The notes: a model not told the origin generated them from the sequence alone. Counted from the stretch's first letter, positions 21,255 to 32,952 are shown. The stretch: DNA of 64,000 nucleotides from an uncultured Microthrixaceae bacterium (GCA_963785815.1 CAWAWN010000003.1:564811-628810); one strand, 5' to 3'. Program-made: numbers and translations.

Positions 21255-21914
21255 CTAGAACAGGCGCAGCTCGGTCGACTCGATGCCGCGCAGCTCGTCG
21301 TAGTCGACCTCGACGCAGCCGATGCCCCGATCGGCAGCCAGCACCTTGGCCTGCGGCTTGATGACCTGGGCCACGAACATGCCGCGCACCGGTCGCAGGA
21401 GGGGATCCAGCTCGAGGCGGGCCAGGTAGCGGGTGAGCTGCTCGACCCCGTCGATCTCACCCCGGCGCTTGATCTCGACGGCCACGGCCTGGCCGTCGGC
21501 GTCGCGGCACAGCAGGTCGACCGGCCCGATGTCGGTCGGGTACTCCCGCCGCACCAGGCGCAGGCCCTCGGCGATCGATTCGGGGTGGGCGGCCAGCAGC
21601 TCCTGGAGGTGGGCCTCGACCCCGTCCTTCTGCAGGCCCGGGTCGACGCCCAGCTCGTGGGCCGAGTCGTGCAGCACCTCGTCGAGGCTGATGGTCAGGG
21701 TCTCGCCCTTGGGGTTGACCACCACCCAGCGATCGGGCTCCTCGGTCACCGTGTTCGGTGCGTTCATCCAGTTCAGCGGCTTGTAGGCCCCGCCGTCGGC
21801 GTGGATGGCCACGCACCCGTCGGCCTTCACCATGATGAGCCGGGTGGCCAGGGGCAGGTGAGCGCTCAACCGTCCGGCGTAGTCCACCGAGCAGCGGGCG
21901 ATCACCAGGCGCAT
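21255..21914 (-). CDS. nucS: endonuclease NucS (EndoMS)
   Basis: ATG 21914 ([16 protein letters not shown]...). Full-length NucS pattern including the C-terminal RecB-like nuclease part (DLLCRD...[10 protein letters not shown]). Confidence 0.95.
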   Translation of the reverse strand: MRLVIARCSVDYAGRLSAHLPLATRLIMVKADGCVAIHADGGAYKPLNWMNAPNTVTEEPDRWVVVNPKGETLTISLDEVLHDSAHELGVDPGLQKDGVEAHLQELLAAHPESIAEGLRLVRREYPTDIGPVDLLCRDADGQAVAVEIKRRGEIDGVEQLTRYLARLELDPLLRPVRGMFVAQVIKPQAKVLAADRGIGCVEVDYDELRGIESTELRLF

Positions 21915-22029
21915 CGATGGCACGTTAGCGGCGAACCCACGATCGCCTGGTTCGTAGGGCCACACCGTCGGCAACGGTGTTGGTGGTCCGAGGTGGACGG
22001 GCGCCTGCAGGGGCCCGTCCGCGGCCGGG

Positions 22030-23667
22030 TCAGCTCACCTGGCGGTGCTGGAAGCGGTTGCGGATCAGCTCACGGCGCTCCTGCAGCTCGCGGTAGGTCA
22101 GCCGCTCGGTGGTGGCGTCCACCCCGAACGAGCCCTTCACCCCGGCCAGGTCGATCTCGTAGGCGTCGAGGGGCATGCCCACCTCCTCGGCGATCTGCTC
22201 GCCATGGGTCTCGGCGAAGTAGGTGGAGATGCTGGCGATCTCGGCGAACAGGTCGAGGTCGGGGGCCAGGGTGGCGATGGCGCCGTCCAGGAAGACCATG
22301 TTCTTGACGAACAGCATGAGCTCCTTGGGGAGCCGGGCGCCGTAGCCCAGCAGGGCCTTCACCACCCGCTGGATCTCGCCCACCATCTCGTCCGCGGTAA
22401 GGGTGGTGGGGTCGACGGGGGGCTTGTCCAGCCCCAGGTCGCGGATCACGGCGTCGAGATCGGTGTCGGCGGGCAGGGCGCCCAGGTCGCGCAGCGCGGC
22501 CAGCTGGCCCTTCACGTCGTTCATGGTGGCGGTGATCAGCAGGCGCAGGAAGGCGCGGCGCTTGAGCTCGTCCATCCGCCCGATGATCCCGTAGTCGAGG
22601 AGGCCGACCCGGCCGTCGCGCAGCACGAACAGGTTGCCGCCGTGCAGGTCGCCGTGGAAGATGCCGTGGATCATGGCGCCCTCCATGAACCCGACCATGC
22701 CGGTGCGGATCACTCCTTCGGTGTCCACCCCGGCCGCCTGCATCCCGGCCACGTCGTCGAAGGCGAAGCCGTGCAGCCGCTCCATCACCAGGACCCGGGG
22801 CGTGACCAGCGTCGGGTGCGGTCGGGGCACCACGTAGCCCTGCTGGCCCAGCTCCTGGAAGGATCGGGCCACGTCCAACATGTTGGCGGCCTCGAGGCGG
22901 AAGTCGAGCTCCTCGGTGATGGTCTCGGCGAACAGCTCGACCAGTGCCGGGGGGTTGGCCAGGGCGGCGATGGGGATGCGACCGACCAGGAACGGGGCCA
23001 GCCAGGCCATGACCTTGAGGTCGGCGTGCACCAGGGTGGCCACCGACGGCCGCTGCACCTTGACCACCACCTCCTCGCCGGTGTGCAGGCGGGCGGCGTG
23101 CACCTGGGCGATGGAGGCGGCCGCCAGCGGCTCGCGCTCGAAGTGGGCGAACACCGACTCGAGCGGCGCGCCCAGCTCGGACTCGACCACCTGGCGCACG
23201 GCCCACCAGGGCTCGGGTGGCACCTGGTCGCGACACTTCTTGAACTCGCCGACCAGCTCCTCGGGGAACAGGCCGTCGCCGCTGGAGATGATCTGGCCCA
23301 GCTTGATGTAGGTGGGGCCGAGGTGCTCGGCCGCGATGCGAAGGCGGCGGGAGATGTCGGCCTTGGATGCGGAACCGCCCTGGCGACGCGCACCCAGGGC
23401 CCAGCGGCCCACGGCCAGGCCCAGGTGGCGGGCCACGCGGATGGCTCGGGTGCCGTCGGGCAGGCGTCGGGGTCTGGTCAGCTCGGGCAGAGAGGCGCGG
23501 ACCACCCAGCGGGCGGCGGGCACCGCCCGGCGCCAGGTCATGGCCGCGGGGTCGACCAGCCAGGGTGGGTCGTCGCTGAAGGATCCGATGGCCAGATCCC
23601 GGGGTGCGGCCAGGTTCCTCGGCGGAGCCACGTCGTGAGATCGGGCGGAGTCGGTGGGCACGGTCAT
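22030..23667 (-). CDS. ABC1/UbiB-family atypical kinase
   Basis: 545-aa ORF with [13 protein letters not shown] and [11 protein letters not shown] motifs. Confidence 0.9.
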   Translation of the reverse strand: MTVPTDSARSHDVAPPRNLAAPRDLAIGSFSDDPPWLVDPAAMTWRRAVPAARWVVRASLPELTRPRRLPDGTRAIRVARHLGLAVGRWALGARRQGGSASKADISRRLRIAAEHLGPTYIKLGQIISSGDGLFPEELVGEFKKCRDQVPPEPWWAVRQVVESELGAPLESVFAHFEREPLAAASIAQVHAARLHTGEEVVVKVQRPSVATLVHADLKVMAWLAPFLVGRIPIAALANPPALVELFAETITEELDFRLEAANMLDVARSFQELGQQGYVVPRPHPTLVTPRVLVMERLHGFAFDDVAGMQAAGVDTEGVIRTGMVGFMEGAMIHGIFHGDLHGGNLFVLRDGRVGLLDYGIIGRMDELKRRAFLRLLITATMNDVKGQLAALRDLGALPADTDLDAVIRDLGLDKPPVDPTTLTADEMVGEIQRVVKALLGYGARLPKELMLFVKNMVFLDGAIATLAPDLDLFAEIASISTYFAETHGEQIAEEVGMPLDAYEIDLAGVKGSFGVDATTERLTYRELQERRELIRNRFQHRQVS

Positions 23668-23692
23668 GTGTGGCGGAGTCTACGGTTGCGCG

Positions 23693-24892
23693 GTGCTGTC
23701 GAACTACCGGGTGATCGAGCTGGGGATGTGGGTGGCCGGGCCGGCCGCGGGCGGCCTGTTGGCCGATTGGGGCGCGGACGTGGTGAAGGTGGAGACCCCG
23801 GTGGGTGATCCCATGCGCCGGCTGTTCGCCCTGCTGGCCGGCCACGGCCAACCCGAGTCGCCGCCGTTCGACCTCGACAACCGGGGCAAGCGCAGCGTGG
23901 TCATCGACCTGGGCCAGCCCGAGGGGGTCGAGGTGCTGCTGGGCCTGCTGGCCGAAGCCGACGTGTTCCTGACCAACCTGCGCCCGGAGGCGGTCGAGCG
24001 GCTGGGCCTGGGCCCCGAGGCGCTGGCCGAGCGCTTCCCGCGCCTGGTCTACGCCAGCGTCAGCGGCTACGGCCTGGAGGGTCCCGAGACCGGCCGCGCC
24101 GGCTACGACGTTGGCGCCTTCTGGGCTCGCAGCGGGATCGCCTCGCTCATGGCGCCGGGCCAGAGCGATCCGCCGGGCGTGCGTTCGGGCATGGGTGACC
24201 ACGTGACCGCCATGACCGCGGTGGCCGGCATCCTGGCCGCCCTGCTGGACCGGGAGCGGACGGGCCGTGGCCAGCTGGTCGAGATCTCGCTGCTGCGCAC
24301 CGGCATCTACGCGGTGGGGTGGGACCTGGGCATCCAGTCGCGGTTCGGCAAGCTCGGCTCGGTCCAGCCCCGCACCGCCGAGCTGAACCCGATGTGCAAC
24401 TGCTACCGGGCCGGCGACGACCGATGGTTCTGGCTGCTCGGGGTGGAGGCCGATCGGCTGTGGCCCAAGCTGTGCGCCGCCCTCGAGCGCCCCGACCTGC
24501 TGGACGACGAGCGCTACGGGACGGCTCGGGGACGTCGCCACAACGCGGCCGAGCTGGTGGCCGAGCTGGACGGGATCTTCGCCGGTTGGACCCGCGACGA
24601 GCTGACCGCGGTGTTCGACCGCCACGACGTGTGGTGGGCGCCGGTGAACACGCCGGCCGAGGTGCTGGTCGATCCGCAGGCCGTGGCCGCCGGCGCCTTC
24701 GTGGACGTGCCGGCGGGGGAGTTCGGACCCTCCCACCGGGCGGTGGCCACACCGGTCACCTTCCACGGTGCACCGGCTCGCCCGGTGGCAGCCGTGCCCG
24801 GGTTGGGCCAGCACACCGACGAGGTGCTGGCGGCCGCCGGGTACGACGAGCAGGCTCGGGCCCGCCTGCGCGATGCCGGCGTGGTGGCCTGA
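23693..24892 (+). CDS. CoA-transferase family III (CaiB/BaiF-like)
   Basis: Frame of ORF 23654-24892. GTG 23693 gives VLSNYRVIELGMWVAGPAAGGLLADWGADVVKVE. ATG 23666 would overlap the divergent UbiB start. Confidence 0.85.
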   Translation: MLSNYRVIELGMWVAGPAAGGLLADWGADVVKVETPVGDPMRRLFALLAGHGQPESPPFDLDNRGKRSVVIDLGQPEGVEVLLGLLAEADVFLTNLRPEAVERLGLGPEALAERFPRLVYASVSGYGLEGPETGRAGYDVGAFWARSGIASLMAPGQSDPPGVRSGMGDHVTAMTAVAGILAALLDRERTGRGQLVEISLLRTGIYAVGWDLGIQSRFGKLGSVQPRTAELNPMCNCYRAGDDRWFWLLGVEADRLWPKLCAALERPDLLDDERYGTARGRRHNAAELVAELDGIFAGWTRDELTAVFDRHDVWWAPVNTPAEVLVDPQAVAAGAFVDVPAGEFGPSHRAVATPVTFHGAPARPVAAVPGLGQHTDEVLAAAGYDEQARARLRDAGVVA

Positions 24893-24932
24893 CCGGCCTG
24901 CCCGGCCCCACCCCAGACTCCCCGCACACCTG

Positions 24933-24979
24933 GACCTGTCAGCTCTGCGACCTCACCCGGTCCGCTCAGGTGACAGGTT
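24933..24979. repeat. 47-bp dyad-symmetric element, copy B
   Basis: GACCTGTCAG-N27-GTGACAGGTT between convergent stops at 24892 (+) and 25018 (-). Confidence 0.8.
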
Positions 24980-25017
24980 GCTTGCGTGGGCGCGTGGGCG
25001 CCGCGGGTCGGCCGATG

Positions 25018-25428
25018 TCAGCCGAGCTCGTGGAGGATGGGGCTCAGCTCGGTGCGGAAGCGACGCAGCTCGTCGCGGTGCAGGGCGGACAGGTCGGCCA
25101 GCTTGGTGGCGCCGTCCGTTGTCAGGTGCAGGCGCTGGCGACGGCCGTCGGCGGGATCGGGCGTCGACGTGATCAAGCCGGCCGCGGCGGCCCGCTGCAC
25201 CAGCTCGACCACCGAGTGGTGGCGCAGCACCAGCATCTCGGCCACGTCGCCGATGGTGGGGTCCCCGTCGCCGGTCCAGCCTCGGATGGCGAGCAGGAGC
25301 TGGTGCTGGGCCGGTGGCAGGCCGGCGGCTCGGGCCGCGGCTTCCGAGAAGCTGAGGAACACGCGCAGGCCGTGGCGGAACCGGGCCAGGGCCTCATAGT
25401 CCCGGTCGGGCAGGTCGGGGGAGCTCAC
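25018..25428 (-). CDS. MarR-family transcriptional regulator
   Basis: 136-aa ORF with a winged-HTH pattern (LPPAQHQLLLAIRG...TIGDVAEMLVLRHHSVVELVQRAAAAGLI). Start overlaps the ClC stop by 4 nt. Confidence 0.85.
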   Translation of the reverse strand: MSSPDLPDRDYEALARFRHGLRVFLSFSEAAARAAGLPPAQHQLLLAIRGWTGDGDPTIGDVAEMLVLRHHSVVELVQRAAAAGLITSTPDPADGRRQRLHLTTDGATKLADLSALHRDELRRFRTELSPILHELG

Positions 25429-26762
25429 GGTTCGTCCTCACCATCGAGACGGGACGGGCGACGATCCGATCCCGACTGGGTGTCCAGCTCGGCTGTGGGG
25501 TCCGCCTCGTCGTCCGGGCCGACGTCGACCCGGGCTCGCTGGGTGTCGATGACCGTCACCCGCCGCGTCACGGCCAGGGCGACGAAGGCGGCGATCAGGG
25601 TGGGCACCAACACCGGCAGGCCGGCCATCTCGGTCACCACCAGGGTGGAGCCGAGCGGGGTCTTGGTCACGCCGGCGCACAGCGCGGCCATGAGCCCGGC
25701 CATGAGCACGGGTTCGCTCAGGCTCGGGAACAGGTGGTGGCCGATCTGGCCGAGCGAGGCGCCCATGAAGAACAGCGGGATGATGAATCCGCCCTTCCAG
25801 CCGGCACCCAGCGTGACCGAGGTGCCGATCAGCTTGGCCAACGCGGCCACCGCCAGGGCTCCCACCGCCAGGCGGGTGACCAGCAGACCGCCCAGCTGGG
25901 CCTCGCCGTAGGTGAGCGCGAAGGGCGACCACAAGGCCAGCAGGCCGAGGGCCAACCCACCGCAGGCCGGCCGCAACGCGCCGGGCACGACGCCGAAGGC
26001 ACGGCGGGCGGCGGTCGAGGTGAGACCGAACAGGGCGGCGCCCACGCCTCCCACCAGGCCGAGCACCACCCCGGCCAGCAGATCGACGCCGTGGAGGGTG
26101 GGCACGGGCGGGAACTGCCACACCGGGGCCAACCCGGCGCGCGTCACGCCGATGTAGACGGCGTACCCGCACAGCGAGCCGACGATGGCCGGCGCCAGCG
26201 CCTCGTAGTACTGCAGGCCGCGCTTGTGCAGGATCTCCAGCGCGAACAGGGCGGCGCCCAGCGGCGCGCCGAACAGCACCGTGAACCCGGCGGCCATGCC
26301 GGTGATGGTGAGCACCCGCACGTCGACCCGCTCCCGCCCGGTCCGGGTGCCCACCAACGTGCCCAGGGTGCCGGTCGTCTGCACCAGCGGGGCCTCGGGG
26401 CCCATGGCGCCGCCCGACGCGACGCACAGCAGCGACGCGGGGATGAGCGGCACGGTCCGACGCACGTCGTCGGTCCCGCCGAGGACGTGGATGTTGTCGA
26501 CCAGCAGCTCGACGTTGCCCGAATCTCCCAGGAACCGGTTGATGACCGCCACCGCCAAGCCGACGGCCACCAGGATGGCCAGCACGACCAGATCGGCGTG
26601 GTGGGTCGGCCACAGCCAGCGCTGGAGGAGGTGCAGGGCGGCGATGTAGGCGGCGCCCACCAGGCCGCCGCCGATGCCGACGATGGCGACGGGCAGCCCC
26701 AGTCCCCGGCGGACCTGGACGACGGCCCGCGACCACCGCCCCGAGCTCGGGAACGACCTCAC
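25425..26762 (-). CDS. ClC-family chloride channel / H+-Cl- antiporter
   Basis: 445-aa ORF with GGAMGPEAPLVQ, GAPLGAALFALE and GFIIPLFFMGASLG. GTG start is uncertain. Confidence 0.85.
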   Translation of the reverse strand: MRSFPSSGRWSRAVVQVRRGLGLPVAIVGIGGGLVGAAYIAALHLLQRWLWPTHHADLVVLAILVAVGLAVAVINRFLGDSGNVELLVDNIHVLGGTDDVRRTVPLIPASLLCVASGGAMGPEAPLVQTTGTLGTLVGTRTGRERVDVRVLTITGMAAGFTVLFGAPLGAALFALEILHKRGLQYYEALAPAIVGSLCGYAVYIGVTRAGLAPVWQFPPVPTLHGVDLLAGVVLGLVGGVGAALFGLTSTAARRAFGVVPGALRPACGGLALGLLALWSPFALTYGEAQLGGLLVTRLAVGALAVAALAKLIGTSVTLGAGWKGGFIIPLFFMGASLGQIGHHLFPSLSEPVLMAGLMAALCAGVTKTPLGSTLVVTEMAGLPVLVPTLIAAFVALAVTRRVTVIDTQRARVDVGPDDEADPTAELDTQSGSDRRPSRLDGEDEP

Positions 26763-26767
26763 AACAA

Positions 26768-26782
26768 TATCGTATCACGATA
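26768..26782. promoter_or_regulatory. candidate operator palindrome in an AT-rich patch upstream of the ClC-MarR operon
   Basis: TATCGT-ATC-ACGATA perfect dyad inside ACAACAATATCGTATCACGATACAAAAT, the most AT-rich stretch seen in this GC-rich window. It sits immediately 5' of the operon. Confidence 0.45.
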
Positions 26783-26835
26783 CAAAATGGGCCCGGAGCG
26801 GACGGGGCGCGGGTGCCCTTCCGGACCCATGCCGA

Positions 26836-27675
26836 TCAGAACGCGGGCGGGCGCTTCTCGTTCAGGGCGGCCACACCCTCGGCGAAGGCCGGCTCGGTCA
26901 TCATCTGGGCCAACCGCCGTCCGGACTCCTCCACCGCATCACCCACACCGCGGTGCAGGTCGAGCGCGATCTGGCGCTTGGTGGCGGCCAGCGAGCCGGG
27001 CGAGATCTGCTCGGCCAGCATCCGGGCGTAGGCGTAGGTGTGGGCCAGCAGCCCCTCGGGCTCGACCACGGCGTTGACCAGGCCCATCTCGAGGGCCTCC
27101 TGGGCCAGCACGACCCGGCTGGACAGGAGCAGGTCGTTGGCCCGGCCGAGGCCGATGATGCGAGGCAGCAGCCACGACAGCCCGTACTCGGCCGGCAGGT
27201 GCAGCTTGCCGTGGGCGGTGGTCAGCTTGGCCCCGGCCGCGGCGAAGCGCAGGTCGCAGTAGCAGGCCAGGACCAGTCCGACCCCGGCCGCCGGCCCGTT
27301 CACCGCCGCGATCACGGGTTTGGTCAACCCCAGGTGGAAGGCGAAGTCGTGGTCGAACTCGGGCGAGATCCCGTAGCCAGGGGTGGCCAGCGCGTCGGCG
27401 GTACCCGGGTCGTAGCCCCCGCGGTCGACGTGGCCCGACAGCGCGGCGGCGTCGGCTCCGGCGCAGAAGCCCCGGCCGGCTCCGGTCACCACCACCACCC
27501 GCACGTCGGGGTCGGCCTCGGCCCGGGCGATGACGTGGCGGTACTCGGTGTGCATGCGTCCCGTCCAGGCGTTGAGCCGGTCGGGTCGGTCGAGCGTGAT
27601 CGTGGCCACGCGGTCGGCCACCTGGTAGTGCACCACCTTGAGCTCGAGCGGCTCAGGCGGCTCGGCGGCGGCCAT
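26836..27675 (-). CDS. enoyl-CoA hydratase/isomerase (crotonase family)
   Basis: ATG 27675 (MAAAEPPEPLELKVVHYQVADRVATITLDRPDRLNAW). VVTGAGRGFCAGAD motif. Confidence 0.85.
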   Translation of the reverse strand: MAAAEPPEPLELKVVHYQVADRVATITLDRPDRLNAWTGRMHTEYRHVIARAEADPDVRVVVVTGAGRGFCAGADAAALSGHVDRGGYDPGTADALATPGYGISPEFDHDFAFHLGLTKPVIAAVNGPAAGVGLVLACYCDLRFAAAGAKLTTAHGKLHLPAEYGLSWLLPRIIGLGRANDLLLSSRVVLAQEALEMGLVNAVVEPEGLLAHTYAYARMLAEQISPGSLAATKRQIALDLHRGVGDAVEESGRRLAQMMTEPAFAEGVAALNEKRPPAF

Positions 27676-27677
27676 GG

Positions 27678-28550
27678 TCAGCCCGCGAACCCGGCCAGGG
27701 CCTCGAGCGCGGGCCCGGCCAGCTCGGGGCGGCAGATCAACAGGTCCGGTAGGTACGGATCGGGGTTGTTGTAGCGCAGGGGTGAGCCGTCCAGGCGCGA
27801 CACGTGGAGCCCGGCGGCCGCGGCCACGGCCGCCGGCGCGCACGAGTCCCACTCGTACTGGCCGCCGGAGTGGGCGTAGACCTCGGCCTCACCCCGCACC
27901 ACGGCCATCGCCTTGGCCCCGGCCGAACCCATCTCGACCAGTTCGCCGTGGAGCTGCTCGGCCAGCCAGGTGGCCGCGGCCGGTGGGCGCGTTCGGCTGA
28001 CCACCACCCGGGGCGCACCGGGGTGGGCCGGGGCCAACTCGAGCAGCTCGCGGGTGCTCAGCACCACCTCCACCGCGGGCAACGCCACCGCCCCGACCAC
28101 GGCCACGCCGTCGATGGCCAGGGCCACGTGCACGGCCCAATCCGCGCGAGGCGGCTCGCCGAACTCCCGGGTGCCGTCCAGGGGATCGATGATCCACACC
28201 CGGCGATGGTCGAGCCGGGCCAGGTCGTCGCGACCCTCCTCCGAGAGCACGGCGTCCCCGGCGGCCACCGCCTCGGCCAACCCGGCCATGAGCAGCTCGT
28301 GGGACTGGCGATCGCCCTGGTCGCGGAGCTCGCTCGTCTCCGTCCCGGCCGCGACCAGGGTGGCTCGCAGCTCCACCAGCCGCCAGCCGGCTTCGGTGGC
28401 CAGGGCGTGCGCCAGATGGTGGTCGGCGCGAGTCGGGGTCACGGGTTCGCCCGCATCCTCGGAGCCTCGTCGGGATGGCGGACCAGCCGGGCTATCGTCC
28501 TGGGACACGGATTGTCGACCTTCCAACTCGTCTTTGCGGGGAGCGGTCAC
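27678..28550 (-). CDS. cysQ: 3'(2'),5'-bisphosphate nucleotidase (inositol-monophosphatase fold)
   Basis: WIIDPLDGTREF and YEWDSCAPAAV motifs; divergent from cysD. GTG 28442 is a plausible alternative start and would give a 132-bp divergent promoter region. Confidence 0.8.
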   Translation of the reverse strand: MTAPRKDELEGRQSVSQDDSPAGPPSRRGSEDAGEPVTPTRADHHLAHALATEAGWRLVELRATLVAAGTETSELRDQGDRQSHELLMAGLAEAVAAGDAVLSEEGRDDLARLDHRRVWIIDPLDGTREFGEPPRADWAVHVALAIDGVAVVGAVALPAVEVVLSTRELLELAPAHPGAPRVVVSRTRPPAAATWLAEQLHGELVEMGSAGAKAMAVVRGEAEVYAHSGGQYEWDSCAPAAVAAAAGLHVSRLDGSPLRYNNPDPYLPDLLICRPELAGPALEALAGFAG

Positions 28551-28574
28551 CTACCCTACGTTGGACACCTGGCC

Positions 28575-29480
28575 ATGGACTACGAGCTGACCAACCTCCG
28601 GGCCCTCGAGGCCGAGTCGATCCACATCATCCGTGAGGTCGCGGCCGAGTTCGAGCGGCCCGTCCTGCTGTTCTCCGGCGGCAAGGACTCGGTGGTCATG
28701 CTGCACCTGGCCACCAAGGCGTTCTGGCCGTGCAAGCTTCCCTTCCCGGTGATGCACGTCGACACCGGGCACAACTTCCCAGAGGTGATCGAGTTCCGGG
28801 ATCGGGCGGTGGAGGTGGCGGGGGCGCGCCTGGTGGTGGCCTCGGTGCAGGCGTCCATCGACGCCGGTCGGGTCACCGAGGAGACGGGGCCGCGGGCCTC
28901 GCGCAACCGCCTGCAGACCACCACGCTGCTCGACGCCATCACCGACAACCGGTTCAACGCCGTGTTCGGCGGGGCCCGGCGCGACGAGGAGAAGGCGCGC
29001 GCCAAGGAGCGGGTCTTCTCCTTCCGCGACGAGTTCGGCCAGTGGGACCCCAAGAACCAGCGCCCCGAGCTGTGGAGCCTGTACAACGGGCGGCACCACA
29101 ACGGCGAGCACATCCGCGTCTTCCCGCTGAGCAACTGGACCGAGCTCGACATCTGGCAGTACATCGCGGATGAGGTGATCGAGCTGCCGTCCATCTACTA
29201 CGCCCACCGGCGAGAGGTGTTCCGCCGCGACGGCATGCTCCTGGCCGTCAGCCCGTTCGTGACCATGATGGACGACGAGGACGCCTTCGAGATGGTGGTG
29301 CGCTACCGCACCGTGGGCGACGCCTCCTGCACGGGCGCAGTCGAGTCGAGCGCGGCCACCGTGGCCGACGTGATCGCCGAGGTGGCGGCCACGCGGGTCA
29401 CCGAGCGCGGCGCCACCCGCGCCGACGACCGCACCTCCGAGGCGGCCATGGAGGATCGCAAGCGGGAGGGCTACTTCTGA
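28575..29480 (+). CDS. cysD: sulfate adenylyltransferase subunit 2
   Basis: ATG 28575 (MDYELTNLRALEAESIHIIREV...). PP-loop LLFSGGKDS. C-terminus ...MEDRKREGYF. Confidence 0.95.
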   Translation: MDYELTNLRALEAESIHIIREVAAEFERPVLLFSGGKDSVVMLHLATKAFWPCKLPFPVMHVDTGHNFPEVIEFRDRAVEVAGARLVVASVQASIDAGRVTEETGPRASRNRLQTTTLLDAITDNRFNAVFGGARRDEEKARAKERVFSFRDEFGQWDPKNQRPELWSLYNGRHHNGEHIRVFPLSNWTELDIWQYIADEVIELPSIYYAHRREVFRRDGMLLAVSPFVTMMDDEDAFEMVVRYRTVGDASCTGAVESSAATVADVIAEVAATRVTERGATRADDRTSEAAMEDRKREGYF

Positions 29481-29556
29481 TGATGATGGCGACGGATCCA
29501 GCGCCACGATCCGACCATGAGGTGGAGGATCGCAAGCGGGAGGGCTACTTCTGATG
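29450..29556 (+). repeat. 33-bp perfect direct repeat (partial duplication of the cysD 3' end)
   Basis: GGAGGATCGCAAGCGGGAGGGCTACTTCTGATG at 29450-29482 and again at 29524-29556. Confidence 0.9.
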
Positions 29557-29579
29557 GTGCTTGGCTGGGGGACCCGCTG

Positions 29580-30836
29580 ATGGAGATGTTGCGGCTGGCC
29601 ACGGCCGGCTCGGTCGACGACGGCAAGAGCACGCTCATCGGGCGCCTGCTCTACGACTCCAAGGCCATCTTCGAGGACCAGCTCGAGTCGGTCGAGCGCA
29701 CCAGCCGCGACCGGGGTGACGAGTACACCAACCTGGCCCTGCTCACCGACGGTCTGCGGGCCGAGCGCGAGCAGGGGATCACCATCGACGTGGCGTACCG
29801 CTACTTCGCCACGCCGGCCCGCAAGTTCGTCATCGCCGACACCCCCGGCCACATCCAGTACACGCGCAACATGGTCACCGGGGCGTCCACCGCCGATCTG
29901 GCCCTGGTTCTGGTCGACGCCCGCAAGGGCATCCTCGAGCAGTCCCGACGCCACGCCTTCATCGCCTCGCTGCTGCGCATCCCCCACATGGTCCTGTGCG
30001 TCAACAAGATGGACCTGGTCGACTACGACCAGGAGGTGTTCAACGCCATCAAGGACGAGTTCCACGCCTTCGCAGCCAAGCTGGACATCGCCGACCTGGC
30101 CGTGATCCCGATCTCGGCGCTCGAGGGCGACAACGTCGTCAACCTGTCCCAGAACATGCCGTGGTACTCGGGTGGGTCGCTGCTGCACCACCTCGAGGAG
30201 GTGTTCATCGCCTCGGATCGCAACCTGCGCGACCCGCGGTTCCCCGTGCAGTACGTGCTGCGCCCCCAGAGCGGTGAGCACCGCGACTACCGCGGCTACG
30301 CCGGCACGGTGGCCGGCGGCGTGCTCAAGCCCGGTGACGAGGTGGTGGTCCTGCCGTCCGGCTTCCAGTCGACCATCGCCGGCATCGACGGCCCCGAGGG
30401 TCCGCTCGACGAGGCCTTCGCCCCCATGTCGGTGGCCATCACCCTGGCGGACGAGATCGATGTGTCGCGCGGCGACATGATCTGCCGCCCGCACAACCAG
30501 CCCCACGTCGGCCAGGACATCGATGCCATGGTCTGCTGGATGTCCGAGAGCGATGCCCTGCGCGAGGGCGCCAAGTACGCCATCAAGCACACCACCCGTT
30601 CGGCCCGGGCCCTGGTCAAGTCGGTGCACTACCAGCTGGACATCAACACGCTGCATCGCCTGGACGATGCCGACTCGTTGGCCCTCAACGAGATCGGTCG
30701 GATCACGCTGCGCACCACCAGCCCGCTCTTCTTCGATGCCTACGCGCGCAACCGCGACACGGGCAGCTTCATCCTGATCGACGAGGGGACGAACCGCACG
30801 GTGGCCGCCGGCATGATCATGGGCCCCACCCAGTAG
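29580..30836 (+). CDS. cysN: sulfate adenylyltransferase subunit 1 (GTPase, no APS-kinase domain)
   Basis: MEMLRLATAGSVDDGKSTLIGRLL, DTPGH and NKMD motifs. An in-frame ATG at 29517 is an alternative start. Confidence 0.9.
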   Translation: MEMLRLATAGSVDDGKSTLIGRLLYDSKAIFEDQLESVERTSRDRGDEYTNLALLTDGLRAEREQGITIDVAYRYFATPARKFVIADTPGHIQYTRNMVTGASTADLALVLVDARKGILEQSRRHAFIASLLRIPHMVLCVNKMDLVDYDQEVFNAIKDEFHAFAAKLDIADLAVIPISALEGDNVVNLSQNMPWYSGGSLLHHLEEVFIASDRNLRDPRFPVQYVLRPQSGEHRDYRGYAGTVAGGVLKPGDEVVVLPSGFQSTIAGIDGPEGPLDEAFAPMSVAITLADEIDVSRGDMICRPHNQPHVGQDIDAMVCWMSESDALREGAKYAIKHTTRSARALVKSVHYQLDINTLHRLDDADSLALNEIGRITLRTTSPLFFDAYARNRDTGSFILIDEGTNRTVAAGMIMGPTQ

Positions 30837-30910
30837 CGCTCGCGGTCGGCGGGATCGGTGGGCGCGGCCACCCATTCGGTGGTCACCGGCACAGATCTGG
30901 ATCGGTCTGG

Positions 30911-31267
30911 CTAGCGACTGCGCCGGCCCAGGTCGACGGCCCGCCGGACGAGCTCGCGCACCTGGCCCTCGTCGGCGCCGGCGGCCACCAGCTGGCCGAC
31001 CTGCTCCTCGACCCGGGCGGCGGCTGCGTCGTCGACAGGTGCCGCGTCGGTCTGGCCCGCCGGACGCGCGCCGCGGGCCCCGTCGGGCGCGAGCGACCCC
31101 GGTGGCGCCACCGCCGTGACCAGGATGAGCCCCAGGGCTGCCGCCGCGGTGAGGAGCCCGAAGGTGATGGCGAAGCCGTTGTTGTCGGTGATGGACCCGG
31201 CGATCATCCCGCCGATGCCGATCACGAACACCCCGATGACCAGCCGCCGGACGGTGCGGGGGGACAC
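30911..31267 (-). CDS. hypothetical membrane protein (two TM helices)
   Basis: C-terminal 118 codons of ORF 30911-32431 from GTG 31267, with hydrophobic LVIGVFVIGIGGMIAG and GLLTAAAALGLILVTAV segments. The upstream part of that ORF is antisense to ettA. Confidence 0.5.
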   Translation of the reverse strand: MSPRTVRRLVIGVFVIGIGGMIAGSITDNNGFAITFGLLTAAAALGLILVTAVAPPGSLAPDGARGARPAGQTDAAPVDDAAAARVEEQVGQLVAAGADEGQVRELVRRAVDLGRRSR

Positions 31268-31272
31268 GCGGG

Positions 31273-32952
<1,680 letters not shown>

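Noticed and set aside
29517-29579. In-frame ATG 29517 giving cysN a 21-residue N-terminal extension (MRWRIASGRATSDGAWLGDPL).
   Set aside because: The extension is translated from the duplicated cysD 3' segment in a different phase and looks non-native. ATG 29580, which overlaps a TGA, is preferred. The longer form cannot be excluded.
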